Source of the DNA: Candidatus Latescibacterota bacterium
GTDB taxonomy: Bacteria; Latescibacterota; UBA2968; UBA8231
Assembly: GCA_965203355.1 (NCBI GenBank)
Contig: OZ241889.1
Coordinates: forward strand, 2,752,001 to 2,816,000
Direction: 5' to 3'
DNA: 64,000 nt
Shown here: positions 37,509-48,010 of the stretch, one piece after another
How positions within the stretch are numbered: the stretch's first letter is position 1
How the letters are laid out: each line of letters begins with the position of its first letter
The notes under the pieces: generated by a model
Told to the model about the DNA's origin: nothing
Seen by the model: the letters and a program-made list of their open reading frames with translations, nothing else
Database searches by the model: none
Translations under genes and position numbers: made by a program

Positions 37509-38474
37509 ATGGCAGAATTTGACGCGATTTCCAAAGACCTGATTCAGACCTATCCGCAGGACTTCGCCCGCTTCGCGCTGGCTCAAGACGACGTCGAAGT
37601 GCTCGAAGTGCTCGACACCGAGCAACCCACCATAGAGACGCATCGGATGGACAGCCTCATGCGCGTGCGCCTCGACGGCACCGAAGTGCTGGTACATAGC
37701 GAATTTCAAACGACTGATAGTACGCACTCGGCCATGCCACTGCGGATGGCTGGGTACATTGGGCGGGCCTTGGCGCAGCATGGCCTGCCGATCTATTCCC
37801 ATGTCATCTACCTGAGACCGGACGCCGGACGCGACGACCGCGGCGAATACGTGCAAGACCGTTTGGGCTATCGCGTGGTTATCCAATACAAGGTGATTCA
37901 CCTGAGTCAACTGGCCGGGCAGGCCATTCTCGACGGTGGCTATACGGGCTTGTTGCCCTTTGCGCCGTTGATGCAGCCGCCGGTCGGGCGGACGGCCGAG
38001 CAGTGGTTGCAACAGTGTGTGCAGCGAGCCGAAACCCTGCCGATGGCCGCGGCGACCAAGGCCAATTTTTTGACGGATTTGGCCATTTTGAGTGGTTTAG
38101 TGTATGATTATCAAATCATTCAACGCATCATACCGGAGGACATCATGTACGAATCGTCCGTTATTCAGCACTTTGCCGAGCAAGGCCGGGAAGAAGGCCG
38201 GGAAGAAGGCCGGGAAGAAGGCCGGGAAGAAGGCCGGGAAGAAGGCCGGGAAGAAGGCCGGGAAGAAGGCCGGGAAGAAGGCCGGGAGCGAATGCTGCGG
38301 GAGGACGTCCAAGAGGTGTTGGAGCTTCGCTTTGGGGTGGAGCAGACGCGGCCGTTGGTGAACCGTATTGCGGCAGTGGACCGGGTGGAGAAGCTCAGGT
38401 ACTTGCATCAGGCGGCGGTGCAAGTGGCGGATATGGCGGAGTTTTGCGCGGCGTTAGACAGCAACACGGCGTAA
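37509..38474 (+). CDS. Rpn-family PD-(D/E)XK recombination-promoting nuclease / putative transposase
   Basis: FDAISK, RMDSL, HSEFQT, MPLRM..Y, VIYL, LLPFAPLM, ESS followed by EGRE repeats, LELRFG. Confidence 0.8.
   Translation: MAEFDAISKDLIQTYPQDFARFALAQDDVEVLEVLDTEQPTIETHRMDSLMRVRLDGTEVLVHSEFQTTDSTHSAMPLRMAGYIGRALAQHGLPIYSHVIYLRPDAGRDDRGEYVQDRLGYRVVIQYKVIHLSQLAGQAILDGGYTGLLPFAPLMQPPVGRTAEQWLQQCVQRAETLPMAAATKANFLTDLAILSGLVYDYQIIQRIIPEDIMYESSVIQHFAEQGREEGREEGREEGREEGREEGREEGREEGREEGRERMLREDVQEVLELRFGVEQTRPLVNRIAAVDRVEKLRYLHQAAVQVADMAEFCAALDSNTA
38184..38287 (+). repeat. Perfect 12-bp tandem repeat (GGCCGGGAAGAA)x8 plus a partial copy, encoding GREE
   Basis: Read directly from the sequence; in frame inside the Rpn-like gene. 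Confidence 0.97.
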
Positions 38475-38499
38475 GCGGCAGCCCCGATCCTGTCTATCC

Positions 38500-39228
38500 G
38501 TGTTGCAGGCTACATCGGCAGTCGTGAGGCACTATGGCGACCGGCAGATTCGACGCACCCTGAGCAAGTACAACACTCGGGCGGTACGGCACACCTTGGC
38601 AGCCGGCCGCGATCTACACCTGATCGAAGTCAGCGATGTAGATGCCTTGGTGGACCGCATGATTGAGCGCGAAGGACGGCTCCAGCGGGTTGAGCGCTTT
38701 CCCTATTGGGCCGAGCTGTGGCCGACGGCGTTGGCCATGGCCCGGTGGTTTTGCCATGCCAAAGAGCCAATTCCCAGCGGTTGGACTTGTGAATTAGGCT
38801 GTGGTTTGGGGCTTTTGGGCATTGCCTTAGTCAAGTTAGGTTGGTGCGTCGAAGCGACCGATTTCGTGGAGGACGCGCTGATTTTTGCCGCCCACAATGC
38901 CCGAATCAACCGAGTCCAGCACAATCACCGGGTAGCCTATTTGGACTGGCGAAATCCCGGGGGCGCGCCGTGCGAGTGCTTGGTGGGGTCGGACATTATT
39001 TACGAAAAAAAGAATCACCGCTATCTCGAACGCATTCTGCACAAGCTACTGCTGCCCGGCGGCCGCTTTTACCTCGGGGATCCGCAGCGCAAAGACGCCG
39101 ATGATTTCGTCGCTCGGCTCGTCGCCCAAGGCTATAGTCGGCGGCGCGAAACGCACGTCGAGACGTGCCATTCAGTCACTATCCACGTGTTTACCAAGCC
39201 TCAAGCCGCCAGCAGGGCACGTAGGTGA
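38500..39228 (+). CDS. SAM-dependent methyltransferase, Methyltransf_16 (protein-lysine MTase-like)
   Basis: PYWAELWP, ELGCGLG, ATD, LDW, GSDIIY; start uncertain. Confidence 0.85.
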   Translation: MLQATSAVVRHYGDRQIRRTLSKYNTRAVRHTLAAGRDLHLIEVSDVDALVDRMIEREGRLQRVERFPYWAELWPTALAMARWFCHAKEPIPSGWTCELGCGLGLLGIALVKLGWCVEATDFVEDALIFAAHNARINRVQHNHRVAYLDWRNPGGAPCECLVGSDIIYEKKNHRYLERILHKLLLPGGRFYLGDPQRKDADDFVARLVAQGYSRRRETHVETCHSVTIHVFTKPQAASRARR

Positions 39229-40145
39229 GCAGCCACCGAAGCGGCGGTCCCCTCTAAGTCATATCCACCCTCTAGCAGGGAGACGAAGCGGCCCTCGCAG
39301 TGGCGGATGGCTAGCTGGAGCACTAACTCGGTTAGCTGACCATAGCCCTCTGCGCTAAGTAGGATTTGCCCTAGGGGGTCGCTGCGATGGGCATCAAAAC
39401 CGGCCGACAGGAGGATAAAGTCGGGTTGGAACTGGTCGATGGCTGGAATGATGGTGTCGGTGAAGTGGCGGAGGTAATCGGCGTCGGTGCTGCCAGCCGG
39501 GACTGGGATATTCAAGGTTTGGCCGCGTCCTGCTCCGATCCCGCGCTCGTCGGCTGCACCAGTGCCCGGATAGAGGGGAGATTGGTGAATGCTAGCAAAA
39601 AACACCGAGCCGTCGGCCTCAAAAATGTGCTGTGTGCCATTGCCGTGATGGACGTCCCAGTCGATAATCGCCACTTTGTCACAGCCGCATTCGGCCCGCA
39701 AGTAGTGAGCGGCCACGGCCGCGTTGTTGAAAAAGCAAAAGCCCATGATTTCCTCAGCTTCGGCGTGATGGCCCGGGGGTCTCATGCAGCAGAAAGCATG
39801 GTCGGCGTGGCCGGCGAGTAGGGCGTCGATGGCGGTTAAGGGGGCGCCAGCCGCTAAGACAGCGGCACGGTACGTGCCTGGAGAGAATGCGGTGTCTTGA
39901 CTCACATAGACGGACTGCTCGACCTGGGCGAGGGCCGCTACTCGGTCCAAGTGGACGGGCGAGTGGGCTCTGAGCAGGGCGCGACGCGGTGCTGGCTGCG
40001 GCTGAAGGTGCAGCACTTCGTCCCACAGCGAACGGTCTTTTAAGTGTTGGACAATGGATTCCAAGCGGGCGCGGCACTCTGGATGTCCTTCGCTCGTGTC
40101 GTGCAACAAGGCGTCGGAGTGATAGATCAAAGCGGTCCTAGCCAC
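39201..40145 (-). CDS. Histone-deacetylase-family (HDAC/AcuC/AphA) Zn amidohydrolase
   Basis: HPE, RPPGHHA, GFCFFNN, DWDVHHGNGTQ, SAGFDAH, LEGGY. Confidence 0.93.
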   Translation of the reverse strand: MARTALIYHSDALLHDTSEGHPECRARLESIVQHLKDRSLWDEVLHLQPQPAPRRALLRAHSPVHLDRVAALAQVEQSVYVSQDTAFSPGTYRAAVLAAGAPLTAIDALLAGHADHAFCCMRPPGHHAEAEEIMGFCFFNNAAVAAHYLRAECGCDKVAIIDWDVHHGNGTQHIFEADGSVFFASIHQSPLYPGTGAADERGIGAGRGQTLNIPVPAGSTDADYLRHFTDTIIPAIDQFQPDFILLSAGFDAHRSDPLGQILLSAEGYGQLTELVLQLAIRHCEGRFVSLLEGGYDLEGTAASVAAHLRALLAA

Positions 40146-40599
40146 AGTTTATCATCTCGCCGGCGTTGATGGATGCAATGGCGCGGCGTCCGAGGATGCG
40201 GATGTCCTCGGCGATCGCCGCATCGCCCAAGGCAGCGTGGTCGCACCAGCGCAATTGCGTGGATTCACGAGGATTGACGCGGGCCTGCCCACTTACTACG
40301 CGGCTAAAGTAAATAAGATCTATGTGCTGATGGCCCGGTTCAATGTGCTCTAGGAGGATACACGCGGGTTGGTACAGGACGGCGACCTGGCCCCATTGCT
40401 CTTGGCGACCTAACAACTCAACGGTCAGGCCGGTTTCTTCGCGCACTTCGCGGAGGGCGGCTTCTTCGGGCAGTTCGCCCGGATCAATGTGGCCACCCGG
40501 GGGCAACCAAGCCTGCATTTTCTTGTGCCACAGCAAGAGGGTGGCTCCCTCGTGGACGACAAAGGTCGTCGCAGTAAAGTCGCGGGTGATTGCCGCCAA
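40138..40599 (-). CDS. NUDIX hydrolase
   Basis: Nudix box GGHIDPGELPEEAALREVREETGL; HIDLIY. Confidence 0.9.
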   Translation of the reverse strand: MAAITRDFTATTFVVHEGATLLLWHKKMQAWLPPGGHIDPGELPEEAALREVREETGLTVELLGRQEQWGQVAVLYQPACILLEHIEPGHQHIDLIYFSRVVSGQARVNPRESTQLRWCDHAALGDAAIAEDIRILGRRAIASINAGEMINCG

Positions 40600-40784
40600 G
40601 GTTTGCTCGTTGTGCGTTTAATCAAAAGAGGAAAAGCCAAGGGCGTTTGCGGTGCGTCGGCGAGTCAATATAGCCGGTCGCTTGGCGGAACGAAAGCCCG
40701 CGGTCGATGCGTACGCATTGACCAACTCTGCTCGCTAATTATTTTAACAAGTTTTGCTTTGCATCCTTTCAGACTGAGAGAAAT

Positions 40785-41984
40785 ATGGCTACTGAGATCG
40801 TCATGCCCAAGTTGGGGTTGACCATGGAAAGCGGCGCAATCAGCGCTTGGTTGGTAGAAGAAGGCCAGGAAGTACAAAAGGGCCAAGCCCTGTTGGAAAT
40901 CGCCACCGACAAGGTGACGATGGAAGTCGAGGCTCAGGCCAATGGAGTCTTGCGCAAAATTCTGGTGCAGGCTGGCCAAGAAGTACCCGTATCGACGACG
41001 ATCGGCGTCATCGCAGCTGCGGACGAAGACATCGGCTCGTACGGTGCCACCGATCCCTTGACGCCGCCCGCTCTGGTGGCAGCTCCCTCGCCAGCTCCGG
41101 TCGCGTCAGGCCCGGCTCCCTCGGCGGCTTCCGATGGACGGCGACCGCATAAGACTTCGCCCAAAGCGCGCAAAATAGCTGCCGAGCACGGCCTCGACCT
41201 GTCCGGCGTCAACGGCCGTGGCCCGGGAGGCCGGATCGTCAGTGCCGATGTACTGGCCTTGGTTGAGCAGGCGCGGCTAACCTCGGTTCCGGCACCGGCC
41301 GCCTCGGTCGCCGAAGGGCTGGTTGAGCTGAGTCGGGCCGAGCAAGTGGCCGCCGAGCGGTTGACGGCCAGCTACCAACAGATCCCCCATATTCACCTCA
41401 GCATGGACGTGTCGGCGGTGTGGTTGCAGCAATTCCGCACCGGCTACCAACTCGAAGGCAAAAAAATCTCCTTCAACGATCTGATCGTCAAAGCCACCGC
41501 CCGCACCCTCAGCGAGTTTCCCCGCGTCAACAGCTTGGCCGAGGGAGGGCATTTCCGCTACGCTTCCCCAATCAACGTCGGCGTTGCGGTAGCGGCCGAA
41601 CAGGGCTTAGTGGTTCCAGTCATTCGCGATGCCGCCGAAAAGACGATCGAAGAAATCGCCTTAGAAGGGACGCGATTGATCGACGCGGCGCGCCGCGGCC
41701 AGCTGCATCCCGACGACATGCTGGGCGGTACCTTTACCATCTCGAATTTGGGCATGTTCGGCGTATCTCGCTTTACTGCGATCATCAATCCCCCCCAAGT
41801 GGCGATCTTGGCCGTTGGGGCTATAGAGAACAGGGTAGTAGCTGCGGGAGCAGACGCATTTGCCGTGCGTCCGCAACTGACCTTGACGCTGGCCGCCGAT
41901 CATCGCGTCGTCGATGGTGCGCTGGCTGCTCGCTTCCTCGCGCGGCTCAAAGAGGTACTAGAAACGCCCGGCTTGCTCGGTTAG
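40785..41984 (+). CDS. Dihydrolipoamide acyltransferase (E2) of a 2-oxoacid/acetoin dehydrogenase complex
   Basis: Lipoyl TDKV, E3-binding SPKARKIA...GPGGRI, TFTISNLG, DHRVVDG. Confidence 0.93.
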   Translation: MATEIVMPKLGLTMESGAISAWLVEEGQEVQKGQALLEIATDKVTMEVEAQANGVLRKILVQAGQEVPVSTTIGVIAAADEDIGSYGATDPLTPPALVAAPSPAPVASGPAPSAASDGRRPHKTSPKARKIAAEHGLDLSGVNGRGPGGRIVSADVLALVEQARLTSVPAPAASVAEGLVELSRAEQVAAERLTASYQQIPHIHLSMDVSAVWLQQFRTGYQLEGKKISFNDLIVKATARTLSEFPRVNSLAEGGHFRYASPINVGVAVAAEQGLVVPVIRDAAEKTIEEIALEGTRLIDAARRGQLHPDDMLGGTFTISNLGMFGVSRFTAIINPPQVAILAVGAIENRVVAAGADAFAVRPQLTLTLAADHRVVDGALAARFLARLKEVLETPGLLG

Positions 41985-42104
41985 CAGCTATTCACCTTGA
42001 CCCCATCTAGGCCGCCTTCTATCTTCAAAACCACAAAAGTCAAGCCCTTTTATCCTGAGTGTACCGAGGGTAGAAAAGAGCGTCTTGGCATTGGAAAATA
42101 ACGC

Positions 42105-44000
42105 ATGAAACTCGAGAAAAAGACTCAGCTTTCCATTGCGTACGCCGTCCTTACGCTGCTCCTGCTCCTGAGTCTGCAAAACTACTTCGCCGGCCAAGTT
42201 GAAACGCTTCCGTACAACCAATTTCGGCAATGGGTCGAAAGCGGGCAGGTCATTGAGTGTACCTTCAGCGGCGAGTTTATCCACGGTCGCGCCCAGGTCG
42301 ATGGCCGGGAGATTAGCTTTCGCACTGCGTCCGTCGACGATCCCGAGCTCATTGGCCTGCTCGTAGAACATCAAGTCGAGTTTACCCGCGAGCCCAGCAA
42401 CAATTGGTTCACCCAACTTCTGTCGTGGATCTTGCCCGCGCTGATCTTCGTGGGGATCTGGCTATTTATCATCCGGCGCATGAGCGGCGGTAGCGGTGGT
42501 CTGATGTCCATCGGCAAGAGCAAGGCCAAGGTGTACATGGAGAAGGGAACGGGCATTACCTTCGACGACGTGGCTGGCATTGAAGAAGCCAAAGAAGAAC
42601 TGCTGGAGATCGTCGAGTTTTTGCGCACCCCCGAGCGGTTTCAAGCCCTCGGTGGCCGGATCCCACGCGGCGTCTTGCTCGTGGGGCCGCCGGGTACGGG
42701 TAAGACGCTGTTGGCCAAGGCCGTTGCCGGCGAGGCGAGCGTACCTTTTTTCTCGCTCAGCGGCTCGGATTTTGTCGAGATGTTTGTCGGCGTCGGGGCC
42801 GCACGCGTACGCGACCTTTTTGAACAGGCCAAAAAACACGCCCCGGCCATTATCTTCATCGACGAACTCGACGCCTTGGGCAAGGCCCGGGGGGCCGGCT
42901 CGTTGGGCGGGCACGACGAGCGCGAGCAGACGCTCAATCAGCTTCTCACCGAGCTCGACGGTTTTGACACCAACGCCGGCGTAATCCTCATGGCCGCGAC
43001 CAACCGACCGGAAATCCTCGACCCGGCCTTGCTGCGCCCCGGCCGCTTCGACCGCACTGTGGCCGTGGATCGGCCCGATGTCAAGGAGCGTGCGGCCATC
43101 CTCCAGATCCACGCCAAGGAAGTCAAGCTGGCCGCGGATGTAGATCTATACAAACTGGCCGTGCGCACGCCGGGTTTCGCCGGCGCGGACTTGGCCAATG
43201 TCGTCAACGAAGCGGCTCTCTTGGCAGCGCGGCGAGATAAAAATTCCATCACCATGTCCGAATTGGAAGAGGCCATAGAGCGCTCGGTGGCTGGGCTGGA
43301 GCGCAAAAGCCGCGTACTCAACGAAAAGGAGCGCCGGATCGTTGCGTACCACGAGGCCGGACATGCCATCGTCGGCGAGATTTTGCCCGAAGCCAATCCC
43401 GTGCAGAAAATCTCCATTGTATCGCGAGGCATTGCGGCCTTGGGCTACACCCTGAATATGCCGCTGGAAGATCGCTATCTAATGACCAAGGCGGAATTGC
43501 GGGATACCTTGGCGGCGATTGTGGGAGGTCGGGCGGCCGAGGAGATCGTCTTTGGCGAAATATCTACTGGTGCGGCCAACGACTTGCAGCAGGCCACGCA
43601 AATGGCCGAGCGGATGGTCAAAGAGTTCGGCATGAGCCAGCGCATCGGCTTGGTATCCCACCGGGCTGACCGATCGCAACCGTTGCTGAGCATGACCCCG
43701 GCCGATCGCCCGTACAGCGACGAGACCGCCAAGCTCATCGACGAAGAGGTCAAGGCCATCATCGACGCGGAGTACGCGCGGTCTAAGGCCCTGCTCGCTC
43801 AGCATCGTCAGGCGTTGGAGGATGTCGTCGAGATTCTCTTTGAGAACGAGGTGATGGACGGCGACCAACTGCGCAACGTACTCGCAGAGAACGGAATAGA
43901 CCTGCCACCGAGGCCCAAGCAAGAGGCTGCGCCCGCCCACCCCCCCGAGCCGCCGACCAACGGCAATGCTCCGAAGTCGGAAGAGCGAGAGGTCTCCTAG
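42105..44000 (+). CDS. ftsH: ATP-dependent zinc metalloprotease FtsH
   Basis: Two TMs, [39 protein letters not shown]. Confidence 0.96.
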   Translation: MKLEKKTQLSIAYAVLTLLLLLSLQNYFAGQVETLPYNQFRQWVESGQVIECTFSGEFIHGRAQVDGREISFRTASVDDPELIGLLVEHQVEFTREPSNNWFTQLLSWILPALIFVGIWLFIIRRMSGGSGGLMSIGKSKAKVYMEKGTGITFDDVAGIEEAKEELLEIVEFLRTPERFQALGGRIPRGVLLVGPPGTGKTLLAKAVAGEASVPFFSLSGSDFVEMFVGVGAARVRDLFEQAKKHAPAIIFIDELDALGKARGAGSLGGHDEREQTLNQLLTELDGFDTNAGVILMAATNRPEILDPALLRPGRFDRTVAVDRPDVKERAAILQIHAKEVKLAADVDLYKLAVRTPGFAGADLANVVNEAALLAARRDKNSITMSELEEAIERSVAGLERKSRVLNEKERRIVAYHEAGHAIVGEILPEANPVQKISIVSRGIAALGYTLNMPLEDRYLMTKAELRDTLAAIVGGRAAEEIVFGEISTGAANDLQQATQMAERMVKEFGMSQRIGLVSHRADRSQPLLSMTPADRPYSDETAKLIDEEVKAIIDAEYARSKALLAQHRQALEDVVEILFENEVMDGDQLRNVLAENGIDLPPRPKQEAAPAHPPEPPTNGNAPKSEEREVS

Positions 44001-44452
44001 CCTACGGCGGCGATGACTTCCAATTCGACGGCGGCACCCAGTGGCAGGCTGGCGACGCCGACGGCCAAGCGCGCGTGTATCCCCTTATCTCCCAAGACGG
44101 AGGCCAGCAAATCGGAAGCACCGTTGACCACGCTGGCGTGGGCCGTAAAACCGGGGGTTGCCGCTACATATCCTCCCAAGCGGACTAGGGAGACCGCGTC
44201 GAGGTCGCCGGTTTCGGCTTTGAGAACACTCAAGGCGTTCAGGGCGCACAACTTGGCGGCCGCATATCCCGCTTCGACATCCAAATCCTCGCCCACGATT
44301 CCCGCATATTGGATCTGGCCGGCTAGCAGGGGCAACTGGCCTGAGACGAAGATCAAAGGACCGCTTTGCACGGCGCGGGTATAGGTACCGGCCGGTGATG
44401 GCGGCGGGGGAAGTTGCAGGTTGAGGTCTCTTAGTTTTTCCTCTACAACCAT
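43997..44452 (-). CDS. RidA/YjgF-family protein
   Basis: [30 protein letters not shown]. Confidence 0.9.
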   Translation of the reverse strand: MVVEEKLRDLNLQLPPPPSPAGTYTRAVQSGPLIFVSGQLPLLAGQIQYAGIVGEDLDVEAGYAAAKLCALNALSVLKAETGDLDAVSLVRLGGYVAATPGFTAHASVVNGASDLLASVLGDKGIHARLAVGVASLPLGAAVELEVIAAVG

Positions 44453-44522
44453 GTTGAATTTCCCATAGCTTAGGGTGGGTTGGCACTAATATAGGACGCC
44501 TGATGACGCCAGCAAGAGAGCG

Positions 44523-45749
44523 ATGCGCAGCATAAAATTCGTCAAAGGGAGTCTCTTAGAGCCCTTGAGCAACAGCGATTTCGTGCGCCTGTGGCTGGCC
44601 AATGGCCTTTGGTGGCAGGCCATGTGGATGGAGATGCTGGCTCTGGGGTGGCTGGCTTTGGAGCTGACGAATTCTCCGTGGTGGGTACAAGTTATCGGCT
44701 TTTACCGAGCCATCCCGCTGCTGATTATGGGTTTGTTCGGCGCGGCGATTACCGATCGCTTTAAGCGGCGCTACATCGTTTGGACCCTTCAGTTGGTCAA
44801 TGTGCTGGGGACGGGGGTGTTGGCACTGCTGCTCTTTTGGGGGCGGCTTGAGCTGTGGCATTTGTCGGTGGTGTCGCTGGCGTTGGGAGCGTCTTGGGCG
44901 TTGGATTGGCCGACCCGGCGTAGCATGGTACCCGATCTAGTCGGCAAGGCTCGCACGGTGGATGCCATGGTGCTGGAGAACGTCATTCAGGGATTTACGC
45001 GCATTTCTGGCCCGATAGCGGCCGGCTATGTCACCGCGGCCTATGGCAGCTTGGGTGCGCTGTTGGTCTTGGTCGGCTTGGGCACTTTGGCGTTGGTCTT
45101 GTTGGCCGGCCTCAAGACAGACTCCAAAGCACCTAGTGCCGGTACGTGGGCGGCGGGATGGGGCGGGCGGCAGGGGTGGGCCAGGATGCGCGCTTCTGCG
45201 CCGATATTCGGCGTTTTTCTCATTACGATCTTTATGAACGTTTGGGCTTTTCCCTACATGAACCTGCTGCCGGTTTTCGCACGCGATGTATTCGGCCGCG
45301 GCCCCGAAGCTATGGGATGGTTGGGCGCGGCTAGTGGAGGCAGGGCGATTGTAGGTTTGGCTGCGGTCCAGCTAAGCCGCCGGAAGCTGAGCAACGAATG
45401 GCTCTTTGTCGCTGGCTCGCTGCTTGCGTGTACGGGCATCGCCGCCTTTGCCTTTAGCGGGACTTTTGGCCTCGCCTTGCTCATGCTGTTTTGCGCTGGG
45501 TTGGGGCAGGCCGGCTTCAGCATTATGCAGAGTAGCATCATCTTGGTCGAATCCTCAGATGAGATGCGGAGCCGGGCGATGAGCACCTTGGTCGTGGCCA
45601 TTGGCGTCGGTCCTTTTGGCCGCTTGCAGAGCGGGGCAATGGCTGAGGCTTGGGGCGCACAAGGCGCGGCCGGCGTCATGGCACTGCTAGCGGGAATAGG
45701 GACGGTGGGAACGGCGGTTTTGGTGCGGGGATTTTTGGGTAAGAGATAA
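44523..45749 (+). CDS. MFS transporter
   Basis: About 12 hydrophobic segments, motif A GAAITDRFKRR, PTRRSMVPDLV. Confidence 0.88.
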   Translation: MRSIKFVKGSLLEPLSNSDFVRLWLANGLWWQAMWMEMLALGWLALELTNSPWWVQVIGFYRAIPLLIMGLFGAAITDRFKRRYIVWTLQLVNVLGTGVLALLLFWGRLELWHLSVVSLALGASWALDWPTRRSMVPDLVGKARTVDAMVLENVIQGFTRISGPIAAGYVTAAYGSLGALLVLVGLGTLALVLLAGLKTDSKAPSAGTWAAGWGGRQGWARMRASAPIFGVFLITIFMNVWAFPYMNLLPVFARDVFGRGPEAMGWLGAASGGRAIVGLAAVQLSRRKLSNEWLFVAGSLLACTGIAAFAFSGTFGLALLMLFCAGLGQAGFSIMQSSIILVESSDEMRSRAMSTLVVAIGVGPFGRLQSGAMAEAWGAQGAAGVMALLAGIGTVGTAVLVRGFLGKR

Positions 45750-45836
45750 CGCTGGACAGATGCCCAATTGCCTGGTTCGGCTAGCGTATCTACCTTGCAC
45801 GTGCTTTGATCGAATCTCATTAGAGGAGAGTGTTCC

Positions 45837-47132
45837 ATGTCCGAATCTTTGCTTAGCGACGCCAGTCAACGGCTCGAGGAAGCGCTCGCGTATGCGTCCA
45901 TTTCCGACGACGCCATTGAGCGGCTCAAGTTGCCCAAGTCGAGTTTGAAAGTCTCCATCCCCGTGCGCATGGACGACGGTACGTTGTCCATTTTTCAGGG
46001 CTACCGGGTGCGCTACGACGACACCCGAGGCCCGACCAAAGGCGGCATTCGCTACCACCCAGACGTGTCCATCGACGAGGTGCAATCCTTGGCTTTCTGG
46101 ATGACCTTCAAATGCGCCGTGGCCAATTTGCCTTTTGGCGGCGGTAAAGGCGGTATCACGGTCAATCCCAAGGAACTGTCTCCTTTTGAACTGGAACGAC
46201 TCAGCCGGGGCTACATCGAAGCCGTGGCCGACTTCATCGGCCCGGACATCGACATTCCGGCGCCGGATGTTTATACCAATCCGATGATCATGGGCTGGAT
46301 GATGGATGAATACAGCATTATCAAGCGGCAGATTACACCTGCGGTCATCACGGGCAAGCCTTTGACCATGGGGGGCAGTCTAGGGCGCGATACAGCGACC
46401 GCGATGGGGGCCTTTTTCACTATCGAGGCGACTTGGCCCAAGCTCGGCTTGAGCGGTGGGCCGGCCGACACGACTGTGGCCGTGCAGGGCTTTGGCAATG
46501 CCGGGGCGATCATCGCCGAATTGCTCTTTAAGGCTGGGTATAAGGTCGTCGCCGTAAGCGACTCGAAAGGAGGTATTTACCGGCGCGAAGGACTCGATAT
46601 TCCCAGTGTGCGCCAGTTCAAGGATTCGACTCGCACCCTCAAGGCGGTGTACTGCGAAGGCACGGTGTGCAACATTGTCGAGCACGACACGATCACCAAC
46701 GAGGAATTGCTCGCGCTCGATGTCGATATTCTGGCTCCAGCGGCCCTGGAAAATCAGATCACCGAGGCCAATGCCCGCGACATTAAGGCCCAGGCCGTGT
46801 ACGAACTGGCCAACGGCCCCACCACGCCGGGGGCCGACGCGATTCTGCGTGCGCGGGACGTGATCGTATTTCCCGACATCTTGGTCAATGCCGGCGGCGT
46901 GACCGTGAGCTATTTCGAATGGGTGCAGAATCGCCAGGGGCTGTATTGGACGCTAGCAGAGGTCAACCGGCGGCTCAAGCAGATGATGGTCGCGGAGACC
47001 GAGCGCGTTTGGGCCATCGCCGAGGGGCAAGCAATCGCGCCGCGCACGGCCGCGTACGTTCATGCGCTAAACCGGATCGGCGACGCCGTCCAAGCCAAGG
47101 GCACCAAAGATTACTTCACAAATGGGCGGTGA
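45837..47132 (+). CDS. gdhA: Glutamate dehydrogenase (Glu/Leu/Phe/Val family)
   Basis: GPTKGGIRYHP, GGGKGG, PAPD, TGKP, QGFGNAG, NAGGVTVSYFEWVQN. Confidence 0.93.
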   Translation: MSESLLSDASQRLEEALAYASISDDAIERLKLPKSSLKVSIPVRMDDGTLSIFQGYRVRYDDTRGPTKGGIRYHPDVSIDEVQSLAFWMTFKCAVANLPFGGGKGGITVNPKELSPFELERLSRGYIEAVADFIGPDIDIPAPDVYTNPMIMGWMMDEYSIIKRQITPAVITGKPLTMGGSLGRDTATAMGAFFTIEATWPKLGLSGGPADTTVAVQGFGNAGAIIAELLFKAGYKVVAVSDSKGGIYRREGLDIPSVRQFKDSTRTLKAVYCEGTVCNIVEHDTITNEELLALDVDILAPAALENQITEANARDIKAQAVYELANGPTTPGADAILRARDVIVFPDILVNAGGVTVSYFEWVQNRQGLYWTLAEVNRRLKQMMVAETERVWAIAEGQAIAPRTAAYVHALNRIGDAVQAKGTKDYFTNGR

Positions 47133-47176
47133 CAAACGCCCCTTTCTTGCCACGACTCAATGCGGCTGCCCCTGAA

Positions 47177-47205
47177 TTGACGCTAGGGGGTACGGCGGCT
47201 ATATT
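47177..47205 (+). promoter_or_regulatory. Promoter for the isomerase-larA-SDR operon
   Basis: TTGACG-N17-TATATT, followed by AAGGAG RBS. Confidence 0.6.
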
Positions 47206-47235
47206 GCGCGGGGTTCAGCAACCAAAGGAGACGAC

Positions 47236-48000
47236 ATGCCCACTTCAGCGATTGGCGCACAATTGTTCACCGTGCGCAATTATACCAAAACCCCGGATGA
47301 CATTCGCCAAACCTTTGCTAAGGTGCGAGCCCTCGGCTATGAGGCCGTGCAGGCCTCGGCCTTTGGATCGATCACGCCAGCCGAACTGGCCGCGATAAGC
47401 AAGGCCGAAGGAGTGCAGATCGCGGCTACGCACACCAGTTACCAGCGCATCTGCGACGAGCCACAAGCTGTCGTCGAGGAGCATCAGATGTGGGGGTGTC
47501 GCCACGTGGCCATTGGCGGCTTGCCCGAGGAATACCGCAACCGCGAAGGGTTTGTCCGCTTTGCCGCCGAGGCTTCGGCGGCCGCGGGTCCGCTCATTGA
47601 CGCGGGTTTGACCTTTAGCTACCACAACCACAGCTTCGAACTGGAGCGTTTCGCCGGATGCACCGGACTAGACATCCTCCGCCAAGAGAGCGACCCAGCC
47701 GTTTTTTCCTTTGAAATAGACACCTATTGGATTCAACACGGCGGCGGCAACCCAGTTTCGTGGTTGGACAAGTTCCGCGACCGCATGCACATCGTCCATC
47801 TCAAAGACCTGAGCATGGCGGGCTCCAAGCAGTGCTTCGCCGAAGTAGGGGAGGGGAACTTGGAATGGGAACCTATTCTCGCCGCCTGTAAAAGAGCCCA
47901 GATTGAATGGTACTTGGTCGAACAAGATACCTGCCCGGGCGACCCGTTTGATAGCTTGGGTCTGAGCCTGCGCAACCTGCGGGCCATGGGCTTGGATTAG
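47236..48000 (+). CDS. Sugar phosphate isomerase/epimerase (xylose-isomerase-like TIM barrel)
   Basis: QLFTVR, YHNHSFE, EIDTYW, HLKD, VGEG, VEQD. Confidence 0.9.
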   Translation: MPTSAIGAQLFTVRNYTKTPDDIRQTFAKVRALGYEAVQASAFGSITPAELAAISKAEGVQIAATHTSYQRICDEPQAVVEEHQMWGCRHVAIGGLPEEYRNREGFVRFAAEASAAAGPLIDAGLTFSYHNHSFELERFAGCTGLDILRQESDPAVFSFEIDTYWIQHGGGNPVSWLDKFRDRMHIVHLKDLSMAGSKQCFAEVGEGNLEWEPILAACKRAQIEWYLVEQDTCPGDPFDSLGLSLRNLRAMGLD

Positions 48001-48010
48001 GAGGAAAGTC

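Noticed and set aside
38184-38287. Repeat array as a CRISPR
   Set aside because: Head-to-tail 12-bp units with no spacers, in frame within a CDS, and no cas genes
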